This document shows positions 49,375-60,880 of a stretch of 64,000 nucleotides of DNA, piece by piece. The notes below the pieces were generated by a model. That model did not search any database and had not been told where the DNA came from. It saw nothing but the letters and a program-made list of their open reading frames with translations. The stretch covers positions 16,492,001 to 16,556,000 of the forward strand of contig NC_088806.1 in assembly GCF_011386835.1 (NCBI RefSeq). Reading direction: 5' to 3'. A program made the translations under genes and the position numbers. Origin of the DNA: Chrysemys picta bellii (taxonomy: Eukaryota). Numbering within the stretch: the first letter of the stretch is position 1; each line of letters opens with the position of its first letter.

Positions 49375-51631
49375 GGGGAGACTGGTGTTCAGGGCTGGCA
49401 GGAGCTCCCTTCACCCCACCCCTGGCTCTGGGTTAGTCTCTCACGCCCCTCGCCTCATGTAAAATCCAGCAGGACCCAAGACCATCCCCTGGTGTCATCC
49501 TCAATCACACGCTCCTGTTAGCTACAAATGATATTTAAATTAGGAAATGAACTCTAATCTCTGGCCCCGCCCCACTCCCCCTGGCCACGCCCTGCTTCCC
49601 CTTGGCCTCTCCCCTTGCCTGGCTGCCCTCCTCCCATCTTGCTGTCCCAGGTCCAGCACCCAAACTGGTGCTTTGCTGCTGTTCCGTAGTTGAAGGTGCC
49701 TGTATCCCCCACAGCTGTCGTTTCAGAGTTGCCGCTGCCCCGTGAGAATATTAAGGGCCCCCCCACCCTTCCCCAGACATCGCTCTGTGCAGGGCAGGCA
49801 GTTTGCCAGCTTGGGAGGCTACAGTGCAGAGGGGACACCTTGCATGCCAACCAGGGGGACCCACTCAATTCTCCCTCCATGTTTCCCTGTACACTGGGCC
49901 CCAGTGACACCCTGAGCCTGGTGTCTGCTCAGTGCAGACACCTGAGACAGAGCAAACACAGCACAACCCACAGCTCTCAGCTCCAGACAGGCTGTAAGAG
50001 GGTCGATACCAGGTTCTTCCCCCGGCAACTAGTTGGCAGAGCCATGCCTGGGACAGGAACCAGGACAGCAGGGCACTCAGGGATTTCCTCCTCTGCAGCG
50101 TGCCCAGCTCCCTGCCTGGCTGGTCCCCCGGAGCTCCCCCTGCCCTCGGAAATGAGTCCTGCCCGTCTCCCTGCCATGATCCAAACCCCACTGTGCCTGG
50201 GGCAGTCCTGATCTCTGAGTGATCCTGGAATGGGGTCACTCTGTACAGATCCCACCATTCCATTCAGCCCCCACACACTCTGAACCGCTGCCTCCCTGCC
50301 ATGCCCAGGGTGGGATCCTGGCTTGCTGTATTTGCAGCTGAGATTCTGCTGATGAAACACCTGCGCTTATCTCCCTCTTTGTCATATTCTGCTCGTTTCT
50401 TTCCTTGCGCAATAAACCCTCTGATTGTCACAGAGCTCTCAGGGCCTTCGTTTCTTCATACACAGTCAGGGGACAATGTATTTTCAGACCCATATTTAGG
50501 ACAGTAGCTTCTATCACCACCCCTACGTGTCCAAAAATGGCAGAGGTTCTGCTAGGACATCTCCCTCTGGTAGGTAAAGCAGAGTGCCTGGCCCTGGGGA
50601 ATTCACCCAAGTTCTTCCCCTTGGTAGGGCGGGTCTAAGTGGAACTCTTAGGCCCCAGTGATGGCAGCAAAAGGTCTGGGTTCAACGTTCTCGGGGTTCC
50701 TTCCTTAGCTGACACCGACTTGATCCCCTCACCAGAAACCAATGAAATGATGTACCCGTCCCTGAGCACCTTTGGTGGGCAATTCTTCCCCATGCACCAG
50801 GACCGAGTCCAGGGGTTAAAACAAAGAGAACTTTATTAGGGTAGGGGAAAAGGGGAGGCAGACAACAGAATGAATTTGGGGAAATCAGTAATTAACGAAT
50901 TCTAAGGAGGTAAAACTCCTGCCCCACAAAGTATCTTAACAGCAGTCCCACCCTCAGTCCTCGGGAATGGTGGACGATATGCTGGCCCTGGCTGGGCTGT
51001 TGGGACCGAACTGGTACTGCTGGACTCCCAGCCACTGCCCGAGGGACACGGAGCACTGCCCTGAGGGGTGTGGGTTACACAGGCCCCAGGCTCAGGGCTG
51101 GCTCCAGGCATTCGTGGGAGCCTGGCGGATGCAGAGGGGATTGAGCGGGGCTGTCTGGTTGGCAGGCACGGTGCCCCATCCCTCAAACACCAAGGGAGGG
51201 CACTGGAGCCTTCCCCACTGGCAAACTGCCTACCCTGTTCAGAGCCCTGCCAGGGGAAAGGGGCCCCTTAATGCTCTCAGGGGGGTAGGGGCTCTGAACG
51301 ATAGCTGGGGGGGGTCACCTTAACCCACAGCACCACAACAAATCCAATATCCAAGGGAGTCATAGTGCTGGGCCTGGGCCAGCGAGACACGGGGAGGGGG
51401 CAGGCAGGCAGGACAGGGGTGAAAGGGGAGGGGGCCATGGGAAGGGGAGGGGCCAGAGGACAGGAGAGGGCAGGCATGGGCCACAGCAGGTCTTGGATTC
51501 TGGTGGGTTTTTCATCAGACTGGGGAAACCAGGAGAGAAACCAGGAGGGACGGGGGAGGGGAGAACGTGGACTTCCTCCAGAAGTGCAGCTGCCCCCAAG
51601 TGAGTGGGAAGGGAGGCGGCGTCCATGGCCC

Positions 51632-53791
51632 CTAGGCATTGCAGAAGTCTTCAGTGCAGCAGCGGAAGTCGTGATGGATGAACGTGCCTCCGACTTGGTC
51701 CTGGCAATCTCTGAAGCAGCCCTGCTGTGCATAGAGAGGGAAGTTCCCTGGAAAAAGAGAGAGAGCCATGAGTCCCCAGGGCTGGGCGGCAGGGACAGAC
51801 GCCTCCTCCCTAGGACTGTGCCAGAGGAATCCAGTGTCTGGTCCGGCCCCCCAGCCAGAGCATCACCAACTGAGCTGCCCCCCCGTCTGTCGATAGCCAG
51901 GAACCATGTCTCCTCTGTCACCCCCCGCCATTCCCTTCCCACTGCTCCAGGGGAAGAGACCTGCTGGTCCCATTCTCTGTCCTCGGGGACTCCCCAACCC
52001 CTGCCCTTCCCTACAGTCACAGTCACTGTTCTGGACTAAGGGATGAACATGGCTCCCTTCCGAGCTCCCCAGTGTCCTGCCAGCTTGGCAGCCATGGGTC
52101 ACTCCAGGCCCAGCAGAGACCCTCCTAGTCCCCACCCTCCCAGCGGCTGAACTTGCTGCCCTCCAAAACCTTGAGCCCCAGAGATGGGGCATCTGTGTTC
52201 ACTGAAAACACCAGCCCGGGGAGCGGGGGGGGGGCGTGCCTGCCACCCGCACCTACCCAGGAGGAGTGTCTGGAGGTAGCAGGATTCCCCCGGAGCTGCC
52301 TTGCACATGCTTTTCCCTGCAATACACGTCTTGTTCGGCTGCTGTCTGACACACACGTGGCACAGGAGGGCGCCCGCTGCGTGACAGGAGAGAGAAGAGA
52401 ATGACACAACTCGCCGGGCGCAGAGGGCCACCGGAGATGGGCAGGGAAATAGAGTCACCCGTCTGATCAGGAGCGTGGTGACAGGGAGCTCTCGTGTCCC
52501 TGTGTTATAGAAAGGCTGAGTGTGAATCGGCATGGGGAGCTGACCAAGCCAAGCCCATGAAATAGAAACTCATCAGGATACACACACTAGCTCTGCCTCT
52601 GACTCTCTAAATAATTGACTTATGAATTCACCACAATTGTTCTAGTGGCTTTTCAGATTTTTAAAAGGTACATCGCTGTGTTTGTAAAGCTTTTTCCTTC
52701 CTCTTTTGTTGTCCCAGGACCCAAAGAAACAGGTGTGGAAACTGACTAATTGACTATACCCAGGAAATACTGTAACTGACTTAACAGAGGGCTTAGAAAC
52801 ACAAAGTAAATTGGGAGGAAATAGGAAAATACCTCTCTCTCTGATCCTTTCAGTTACAATGAGTTTTTAATTTATTAATCTAGTAGTTAAAATATTTCCA
52901 ACAGTGTGATTTCTATGTGGAGGGTGAATCAAACCAATCTGAAGACCCATTCCAGTTTTTCTGTGCTGCTTATGAAAGAGTTAGTGAATATTTTCAAGTG
53001 CGTGGGGGGAAAAAAACCCATTCAGCATGAATCTCAAGGAGGTCAGCAGCCAGTCAGATCTCTCTATTCCGCAATCCCTGTGGCAGCATATAATCTTTCC
53101 TACCCCTATAATTTTATTAAAAATTTAATATAATGTGAAAATCACAGAGTGACTCACGTAAGTGATTGGCACTGGCTTCTGCTCACCATTTTGCAATACA
53201 TGTCACACACTTCTTTGTCTTGGAGAAAAGTACTGGCAACATTCACTGCTCAGGTCAGCTCAAAATCCCCCTCACTTGTGAAACAAAGGGGCTAGGTCTG
53301 TCTCTGCCAACTGCCTGGATTCAGCACAGCTCGACTTAGCGACTGCCAGAGACGTTTCTAACAAGCTCATGGCCCTGCTGTATTTGGCCATGTTTGGGAG
53401 GCATGTCGCTGGTTTGCAGAACTCAACAGCCCTGTCTCAGTCTTACGAACCCGTCCATTTCCCTGTATTGGCTTCAGAACACTGCTGATGTTATCTGTCC
53501 CTCCGCAGGTCCTTCCCTAGGCCAGCCTGGCTTTGCCAAGGCATCTGTCACTAATGCAGAACACAGGCTGCTCTTACACTACAGTGGGTGAATCCCCTCC
53601 CTAACCAACAAAGGCCAGCTCCTTTGCTGCTGTACATCATCCTAGCTAGCTCCACTGACGTCGATGGGCCAGCTCCCCGATGAAGCCGAGAATCTGGCCC
53701 CTTTGGGGACGAATTGGTCAGTTTCGTTTGGGGACTTACCCGTTGCGAAGTACAGCAGGGCTGTGAAAACAGGAACCAGCATCTTGTTCAT
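51632..53791 (-). CDS. Gene C: secreted PATE-like three-finger protein, 95 aa; exons 53740-53791, 52257-52376, 51632-51747
   Basis: Spliced product: MNKMLVPVFTALLYFATAGALLCHVCVRQQPNKTCIAGKSMCKAAPGESCYLQTLLLGNFPLYAQQGCFRDCQDQVGGTFIHHDFRCCTEDFCNA. It has 10 Cys, ends CNA-stop and has GT-AG phase-1 introns. A TATA-like TAATATAA lies at about 53899-53906 (-) and a candidate AATAAA at 50832-50837 (-). Confidence 0.92.
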
Positions 53792-53898
53792 CCTTCGTTT
53801 TCTCTCCTTCAAGCGGAGGCGGAAGTGGCACGGTGTGCTGAGCGAGTGAGAGCCCGGGCAGTGTGCAGAGTATGGCACACCTCAAACACCAGCCGGAG

Positions 53899-54053
53899 TT
53901 ATATTACCCCTAGTGGAGACCTGGCAGCAGCCAATCAACGTCCTTCCTGCGGGAAACACCCAGGTTTTTCTGTTGATTAATAATCATATCCCCAGATTGG
54001 ATCGAATGGTCAGTCCAGGAGCAAAGCGATTCCTGCTCAGGTGACCAGCTCTG
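53899..54053 (-). promoter_or_regulatory. Gene C proximal promoter
   Basis: Minus strand reads CAGAGCTGGTCACCTGAGCAGGA, then TGACCATTCGAT, then GGGGTAATATAA. Confidence 0.6.
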
Positions 54054-55359
54054 GGCAGGCAGCTGCCCACCCTCCCCAAAGGCTGGGGTTGGACTGGGCT
54101 GGTGCCAGTCGCCCAGGGCTCCCATAGGGTCCCTACCAATGTCCACAGAACATAAATGGGCCTTTTTAAGAATTAAACGTTTTACCCCATTACTGTGAAT
54201 AAAACCTTCCAACCAGGCCCGATGCACAGCTGGCCGCTGAGTCTGCGTGGCTGAGACACACCCCGCCACCCCCGGGGAGAGGGGAGCCAGCTGCAATAGA
54301 GGAGGCCCCAGCAGACTGGCAGCCCCTTGCAAGTCCCACTGCTGGGATGTGGAGGGCAGCAGAGCTAGTGGCTCTACTAACAGAGAACGCCCTGGCCACA
54401 GGCAGAGTCCCACCAGCTGTTATGGAGAAAGGCAGCGTGTGTCCCAGTTACCAGCAGGGCAATTGGGAGCTGGGATGGGGGATCAGGACTCTGGTGGGAC
54501 AGTGGGCGAGGGCAGGCAGGACGGGAAGCTCACTAAGAAACCTGGAGCCCCCAATGGCTGTGGGAGTGGGGAGCTGCAGCACCCCCCTCAGCTCATGCGC
54601 TTGGAAAGGTGCAAACTCCTCCAACCACACTGCCTGTGCCCCTCATCCCCAGAGAACAGAACCCCATGGCCTGGGATCGGCCCACCTGAGCCTGACCACT
54701 GCAAAGGCCACCGAGAGAACATGCTGAGAAGGTGGGTGGCAGATTTCCATCAGTATTTTTAGCCCAGCAGCGGGGGCAGCGCAGGATCAGAAGGATCCAA
54801 TTCATTTAGGGACAGAGTCTGCGGCTCGGCCTGTCCCAGGGTCACTCTAAGCCCAGCACAATGGGATGCCCCCTTTGTGGGGTAGTTTGGACTGTCTCAG
54901 CCACACACTATTTAGTCTTGTCACACTGGCTGCTGGAGGCCAATGACCGGGCCCCAGAGGGACCTCACTGGTGTTAGCCAAGGCGTCCAACTCAAGCAAT
55001 GACATTCCACCTCCTGAAACACCTCCTCTCTGGTAGTTTCAGCTGGACAGGGGAGACATCATCAAGTCCTGTCCTAAACCTGGGCTGTGTTGCTGTGCCC
55101 AGTTAAGGAGCTGCCTCGTTCTGCCCTAGTGGTGGCTTCATATTCCAGCCTTAGGTGAAGGGGCTGGTAGCACCACCTATTATTATGGTTGCCCAAGACA
55201 TCCCATTATAGGGCCCTGTTTTCAGCCAAACTTTAGCTAGTTAGACTGACATTTTCCATGACCGGTGTCTGCCTCTGGCTGAATTTTCTTGGAAAGTTTC
55301 AGCCAAAATGGTCCAGCTGTTTCTGAGAACAAGGCTAGGGGAAGTTAGACATAAAGGTA

Positions 55360-55538
55360 GCTCTGGAACAGGCTTCCAAGGGAGGCTGTGGAATCCCCAT
55401 CAGTGGAAGTTTTTAAAAACAGGCTGGACAAACACCTGTCATGGATGGTGTAGGTGTCTGGGTCCTGCCTTAGTGCCGGGGGTGGACTTGGTGACCTTTC
55501 AAGGTTCCTCCCAGCCCTACACTTCTGTGATTCTATGT
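55360..55538 (+). mobile_element. CR1 3' end
   Basis: WNRLPREAVESPS-like segment followed by GTGATTCTATG. Confidence 0.85.
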
Positions 55539-56619
55539 GGGGCTAAGAGGTTTCCCTGAGACTGACTGTAAAACACAGGGGCTAGCTAGGGGATTGATTG
55601 CTTGCAGCTACGTGTGTGTGCCAGCATCAGCACGCAAGACAAGCAGGAGTGAGCATGGCCCTGACAGGAAGCTGAGCGACAGGGCTTCTGTTTGGGCACA
55701 GTGCCGGCTGGAAATGCAGACTTGGGTTTCTGTGCAAAGAAACTGTCTGCTGTTCGGTTCTGCTTTGTATAGGGAAATAGGACTTTGTGGCCAGTCTTTT
55801 TACTAGACAGGATTGCACCAAAGAAATACCTGACTCTAACATCAGTCTCTCCTCCTAATGGAAATGACGCACAAAGTCCCAAATACTGGCTAACCACTTG
55901 GACCAAAAGGGGTAACAGGTTTGCGTTTGGATGGGCTGTAGCATGCAGTGTCCCCCCGTCTGTGCTGGCAGGGGGAGGGGTCCTGCATGGGGGCCAGGGT
56001 GTGTTAGCAAAGAGGGTGATGTGCTGGGTGCTCTGAGATTTTAAAGGCACTTCCTTAGCACGAGACACGTGGGTGAATTTAGCAATGTAACGACACAGAC
56101 AACATCAGTCAGATTTGTTTGCCCCTTGGCCCCACTCAGGACATTAGTGCATTGATGCTTCGGCATGATTTGCACATACAGCACCTGACACAAAGTGGGC
56201 TACTCAGTGTGCTGGGTTCAGCGTGACCCTGGGACGTGCCAAGCCGCAGTCTCTGGCCCCAAACAAATCGGCTCCGTTAGATCCAGCGCTATCCCCGCCA
56301 CAGGGCTAAACATACTCCCACCAGCTGTCACCCACGCTCCCAGCATGTTCCCCCCCGTTGTGTCACTTCCAGCCAGGTGCAACGAGCTCAGGTGGGTGGA
56401 TCCAGAGCGCAGTGTTCTGCTCCCTGGGGCTGTATGGGAGCAGAACCAAGCTAAGCATGGCCTGGCCAGATGTTGCAGGGCAGTGGTGGTGTTTTGTCTC
56501 CCCATGCCGTGGGAGGGGGGGCTCCGTCCCATTTGCATGTTTCAGGGTTCATAGTACTTAGACCATCACATCTCATTAGAGGAGAGTCATTAGGAACTAG
56601 TCAATGCCTCCTCCAGAGA

Positions 56620-57200
56620 CACACAGCTACCAAACCCTTTAAAAAAAATGCAAGAGCTTGCCCAGTTTTCACCACGCCAACCCAACCCAGTAGATCACTC
56701 CAACGGCTGCCCAGTGTCCAACCTCCTATAATAATTGAGAAAGTCGTAACCACGCTGGTCCAACAACAGGCAGCTGCCTCCCAGCAGGGTTCAGACCAGG
56801 GCACAGCAGAGACAGCCCCAGTGGCACTGGAAGCTGACATCCTCGTGGCCATGGACGCAGGTCAGTTCTCTATGAACATGTTGCTGGACCTCTCTGCAGC
56901 CTTTGACACAGTGCACCATAAAGTACTGCTACCCGCCGACACGGTATCACAGGAATAGCTGAGCCAGCGCTGCATTGGCTCTAATCAGCCTTCTGTAGCA
57001 GAACTCAGAACGGCCGTGGGGAACGGCACCTCTCCAAAGGCCCCGCTGTGGGTCCCACAGGGATCCCTCCCATCCCTGCTTTTCTTCAATGGCTGGGAGA
57101 AAGCATGAGATGCCATGGGCTGAGATGCCAGTATGGTGCCCCTGACACTCAACCCTGTCTCTGCCTCTCAGCTCATGCACCCACAGCTACTGCTAACCTA
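56620..57200 (+). mobile_element. L2-clade LINE RT fragment
   Basis: IEKVV, GTAETA, DILVAMDAGQFSMNMLLDLSAAFDTVHH, then VPQGS-like and HGLRCQY-like segments. Confidence 0.88.
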
Positions 57201-57865
57201 TTGGGATGCCTACAGGAAAACAGCTCCTGGTGAACCGCAGCTGGCTCCAGCTGAACCCCATTTCATCCCCTCTCCCGCCCTTTTCACTCTGAACGGTCCT
57301 GATCCTGCAAACCTCTGCAGGGATGCAGCCCCCGTGTCCCTGCGGTGTCCTGCCGAAGTCAGGGGGGGGAAGGGCCACACAAGCAGGTCCCATAGAGCCC
57401 AATCCTGCCAGATGCTCCATGCACTACTAGTAGCAACCCCCGACTAGGCTGGCACGAATGTCTTGTTCTTTTCCATAAAACCCCCACCCTGAGGGGCCTC
57501 TGCAAAGGGATGCCATGTGTCCCTGTCACACATGCACGTGGCCGGTGATGGGAACTTGCTATACACACACTGCTCTGATGTGTGTAATGAACAGCCTTAA
57601 AATAAACCAACTTCACCTCGGTGGGCCAAATGCTGAGCCGATGGGGAGGGACTCTGGACTCACACGGGTGTATCTGAACTCAGGATCTGGGCCACCGAAT
57701 AACTTGGGATCTCCTCTCCATCAGTTACACCAGCCTGTCCTGACAGGCTTCAGCGCTCTCCCATAGTACCCTTCCCCTGGCCAGCAGGACTGCAGCTAGT
57801 TTGCCTCTTCCATCCCTCTGCCCTTCAGCCGAATTTAATCTCTGATTAGCACATTTATGGAGGAG

Positions 57866-57990
57866 GAGCCGCTCATCTGGGCAGGGAGTGTCTTGCCCCC
57901 AATCTGTGATACGACAAGAGTCCAACAAGTAAGCTCCTGGGACTGCATGTTGGTTCCTCCCAGGACTGGCCCTTACCCTGGGGGTATAAA
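57866..57990 (+). promoter_or_regulatory. Gene D proximal promoter
   Basis: GAGCCGCTCATCTGGGCAGGGA at 57866 and GGGGTATAAA ending at 57990. Confidence 0.65.
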
Positions 57991-58089
57991 TCCAGCTCTG
58001 CCCTGCCCAGCAGCCACTGAGCAAGGTTTGCAGTCCCAGGTTCCCCACTCACCCCACACGACCGCAGCTTTACGGCGACGAAGCTAAAG

Positions 58090-60880
58090 ATGAACAAGCT
58101 CTTGGTTCTCGGCTTCTCTGCCCTGCTCTGCTGTGTCTCAGGTGAGTCCCTGAAACAAAACAGGGGGGCTGGGAAGCTAACTGGCGACTGGCAGGAGGCA
58201 GAGCGGGCTATGCGATTTTGCCCTCTCCAGGTTGAAACCAGCTGTGCCCATGACGTTCCTGCCAATGGGATTGGCCCTTTACACTTTCCATGGCCATTCT
58301 GCTGCGCTGGGGCATAAAATCTCCCTGATTCCAGGTTTACTCCACACTCCTTGCAAATTAACACAGGAATCAGAGTCTCAACGTTCCCCCGACACCTCCG
58401 GGAGTGACTGTCCAGCCCCTTCCTTAACAGCAGCAAGTGCCTGCGCTGCAGTGACAGGATTCCTGGCGGGCCCAGGGAATAGGGGTAACTGGATGAAATT
58501 AACTGTCCTGTGCTATACAGGAGGTCAGACTAGATGATCTACGTTCCCTTCTGGTTTTAAAATCTAGTCTCTTATGAACCGGATCTTTCCAAGGTCTGCA
58601 AGCAGCAGATTGCAAACCCACACCCCCGTGCACACTGTGCTAGTTCATTCCATGCAGCGTATCCAAGCTGCCTATCAAGGGCATGGGAACGTCCCTGGAG
58701 ACACGGAACACAACTAACAGAGCGGTCCAGCAGTTACTGTCCTTGTGTTGCATTCATAGCGCATTGCACAAAGAGCTCCTGCACTTCACTGCTGGATGGC
58801 GACTAACAGCATTTGTCTCCTGTGTAACCAAACCCCTGCCAGATGCTGGCAACTGGCTTCCTGTGGGCTCTGGAGACACTGCTTAGCGGTCATGGGGAGA
58901 GCCGTTGGTTGCCAGAGACCCTCTCCACACCACAGCCCCCACTCGTCTTTGTGTTACGTGCCTCTGTCCTTAGGGATTGGAAACCAACTGTTGCCCAGCC
59001 TTGCCTCCTGCATTATAGCCTCTAACAGGCTTGCTTCCCCCTAGTGGAGGGACATTGGCATGGGCTACTGCCAGCCCAGGGAAAGATTTACCTTGATCAC
59101 GAGCTGACTCTTTCGCCTGGCTTGCTTCTCCGCAGGCCTCTTCTTTGGCTCCATCTGCATCCAACCTGCTCTTTGTGGGGCTGTCTTTGTTGTCACCTGG
59201 CACTCTCTCCATGGCAGGTGCATGGGGAATTCTGTGGCCTTCGCCCCTAACTGATTCCTGTCTGGCTCTGTGTGGGTTTTTCTTCCAGCTGAAGCCCTTC
59301 GATGTACCGTTTGCCAAAACAAGATACCCGTCTTCGGCTGCATCAAAGGATTGGGCATCTGCCACCCTGCGCCAGGGCTACCCTGCAAATACATCAGAGT
59401 CTATACCAGTATGTATGTCCTGAAACGGGCACTCACCAGGGGGTGGCTTATAGCAGCTCACTCTGCCGGGCCCCAAATGAGATATCCCTTAGTGAGCCCT
59501 TGTGGCCAAGGAATGAGATGAGTCTCGCCTTCTGGCTGGGTGTCCAGGCAAGGGCTCTTGGAGCTACCTACACAGCATTCTATTTAACCCCTGCTTCCAG
59601 AGCTGTTGGGTCAGGAACTTGGAGTGACAGTAATGGGCTGTGAAGAGCTACTTCCCTCTCTCCAAGGAGGGTCCATCCTAGGGCCAAGACGGGAAGAGGG
59701 CTGGCTTTGGAAAGATGGCTTAACTGCATGCACACCAGGCCAGCAGGAGCCATGAGGATCAATGGAGACACTGAACCCATGGCCAAAGGGGGCCTTATTC
59801 ACCAGTACCAGCCCATGCAGTGCCATAGTGGGTGCGCTGCACCAGCAAACCCAGGCAGAGGACACAGACTAGTACTGGGCTCTTCTTTAGAGCCTCCCAA
59901 GAATCTCAAACAGTGAAATGAATGAATGGAAGCCACAACATGCCTGCGAGGTAGGTGAGAAGACTATATGGGGCATATCACCCAGTTCTGAAAGGCAGTC
60001 ACCTTGGGGAACACAGCAGCTGTTTAAGTGGGGACAGCACTTTAGGGCAGGAAATAAAGAAGAATCTGGTAGCCCAGTGAAATGACATTAGGAACAGTCC
60101 ACTCAAAGGTTGTGTGTGTGGCTGAGACACCAGTGTTTACTCCCCTCTTCCTATCAGAAGGAACATGGGAGCTTCAGTGAGCATCTGGGAGCACTTCAGA
60201 CCTAAATCCCAACTTGATAGTGCTGGGATCCATGCTGAACCCCCCCAGCTATGTAACTGGCTTAGCTTTTTGTCCCCATCTCCAGTGGGTACCCAAACGC
60301 TGAGCTCACAGAGTAGGACTGAAGAACATTGGTTGGTTGCCATGCTATTGTTGGGAGTGGTCCTTTGGAGAAGACTTTAAACCAAGCTCTAGTCTGCTCC
60401 AGCAGAATTTAGCCATTTTCCCCAGCACAGAGTTATGTGGATAACCCCATGGGTCCTGATCTTTAATGATCCATATGTGTTCACACTGTAGAGTGGGGCA
60501 GCAAGAGCAGTTCTTTACCTCCATGTTCTTTTGAGGGTCAGCACTCTCATCTCTTTCTTGGCCCACGTGTCTTGTTGGCCTAAATGTTAGATCTAGCCCG
60601 AAGAGCAGAGTGAGAGGAAATGCGTGCATAAACTATTTCTGGTTAGACACTCCACCTTTGCCACTGAGTTGGACTCAGCAGGCACTTGTGAGAATCTTGG
60701 AAGGAGTCCTCGTTCCTGAGTGCATTGTCCTGATGTGTTTTCCCTCCCTACACAGCAGGCATCCAGTTTCATTCACAGGCAGATTGTGCTGTGCAAGGCG
60801 ACAAATGCAACATCATGGAGCCAACGAAGTCTGGCCACCGCCAAATTTCCTGCTGCAAGACTGACTTCTGCAACAGTTAG
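58090..60880 (+). CDS. Gene D: secreted PATE-like three-finger protein, 98 aa, most divergent paralog; exons 58090-58141, 59289-59408, 60756-60880
   Basis: Spliced product: MNKLLVLGFSALLCCVSAEALRCTVCQNKIPVFGCIKGLGICHPAPGLPCKYIRVYTTGIQFHSQADCAVQGDKCNIMEPTKSGHRQISCCKTDFCNS. It has 10 mature Cys and ends CNS-stop. TATAAA at 57985, AATAAA at 61129. Confidence 0.92.

Noticed and set aside
51277-52039. Overlapping 249-aa and 224-aa ORFs
   Set aside because: They span gene C exon 3, intron and UTR in other frames; the spliced LU-domain frame explains the region.
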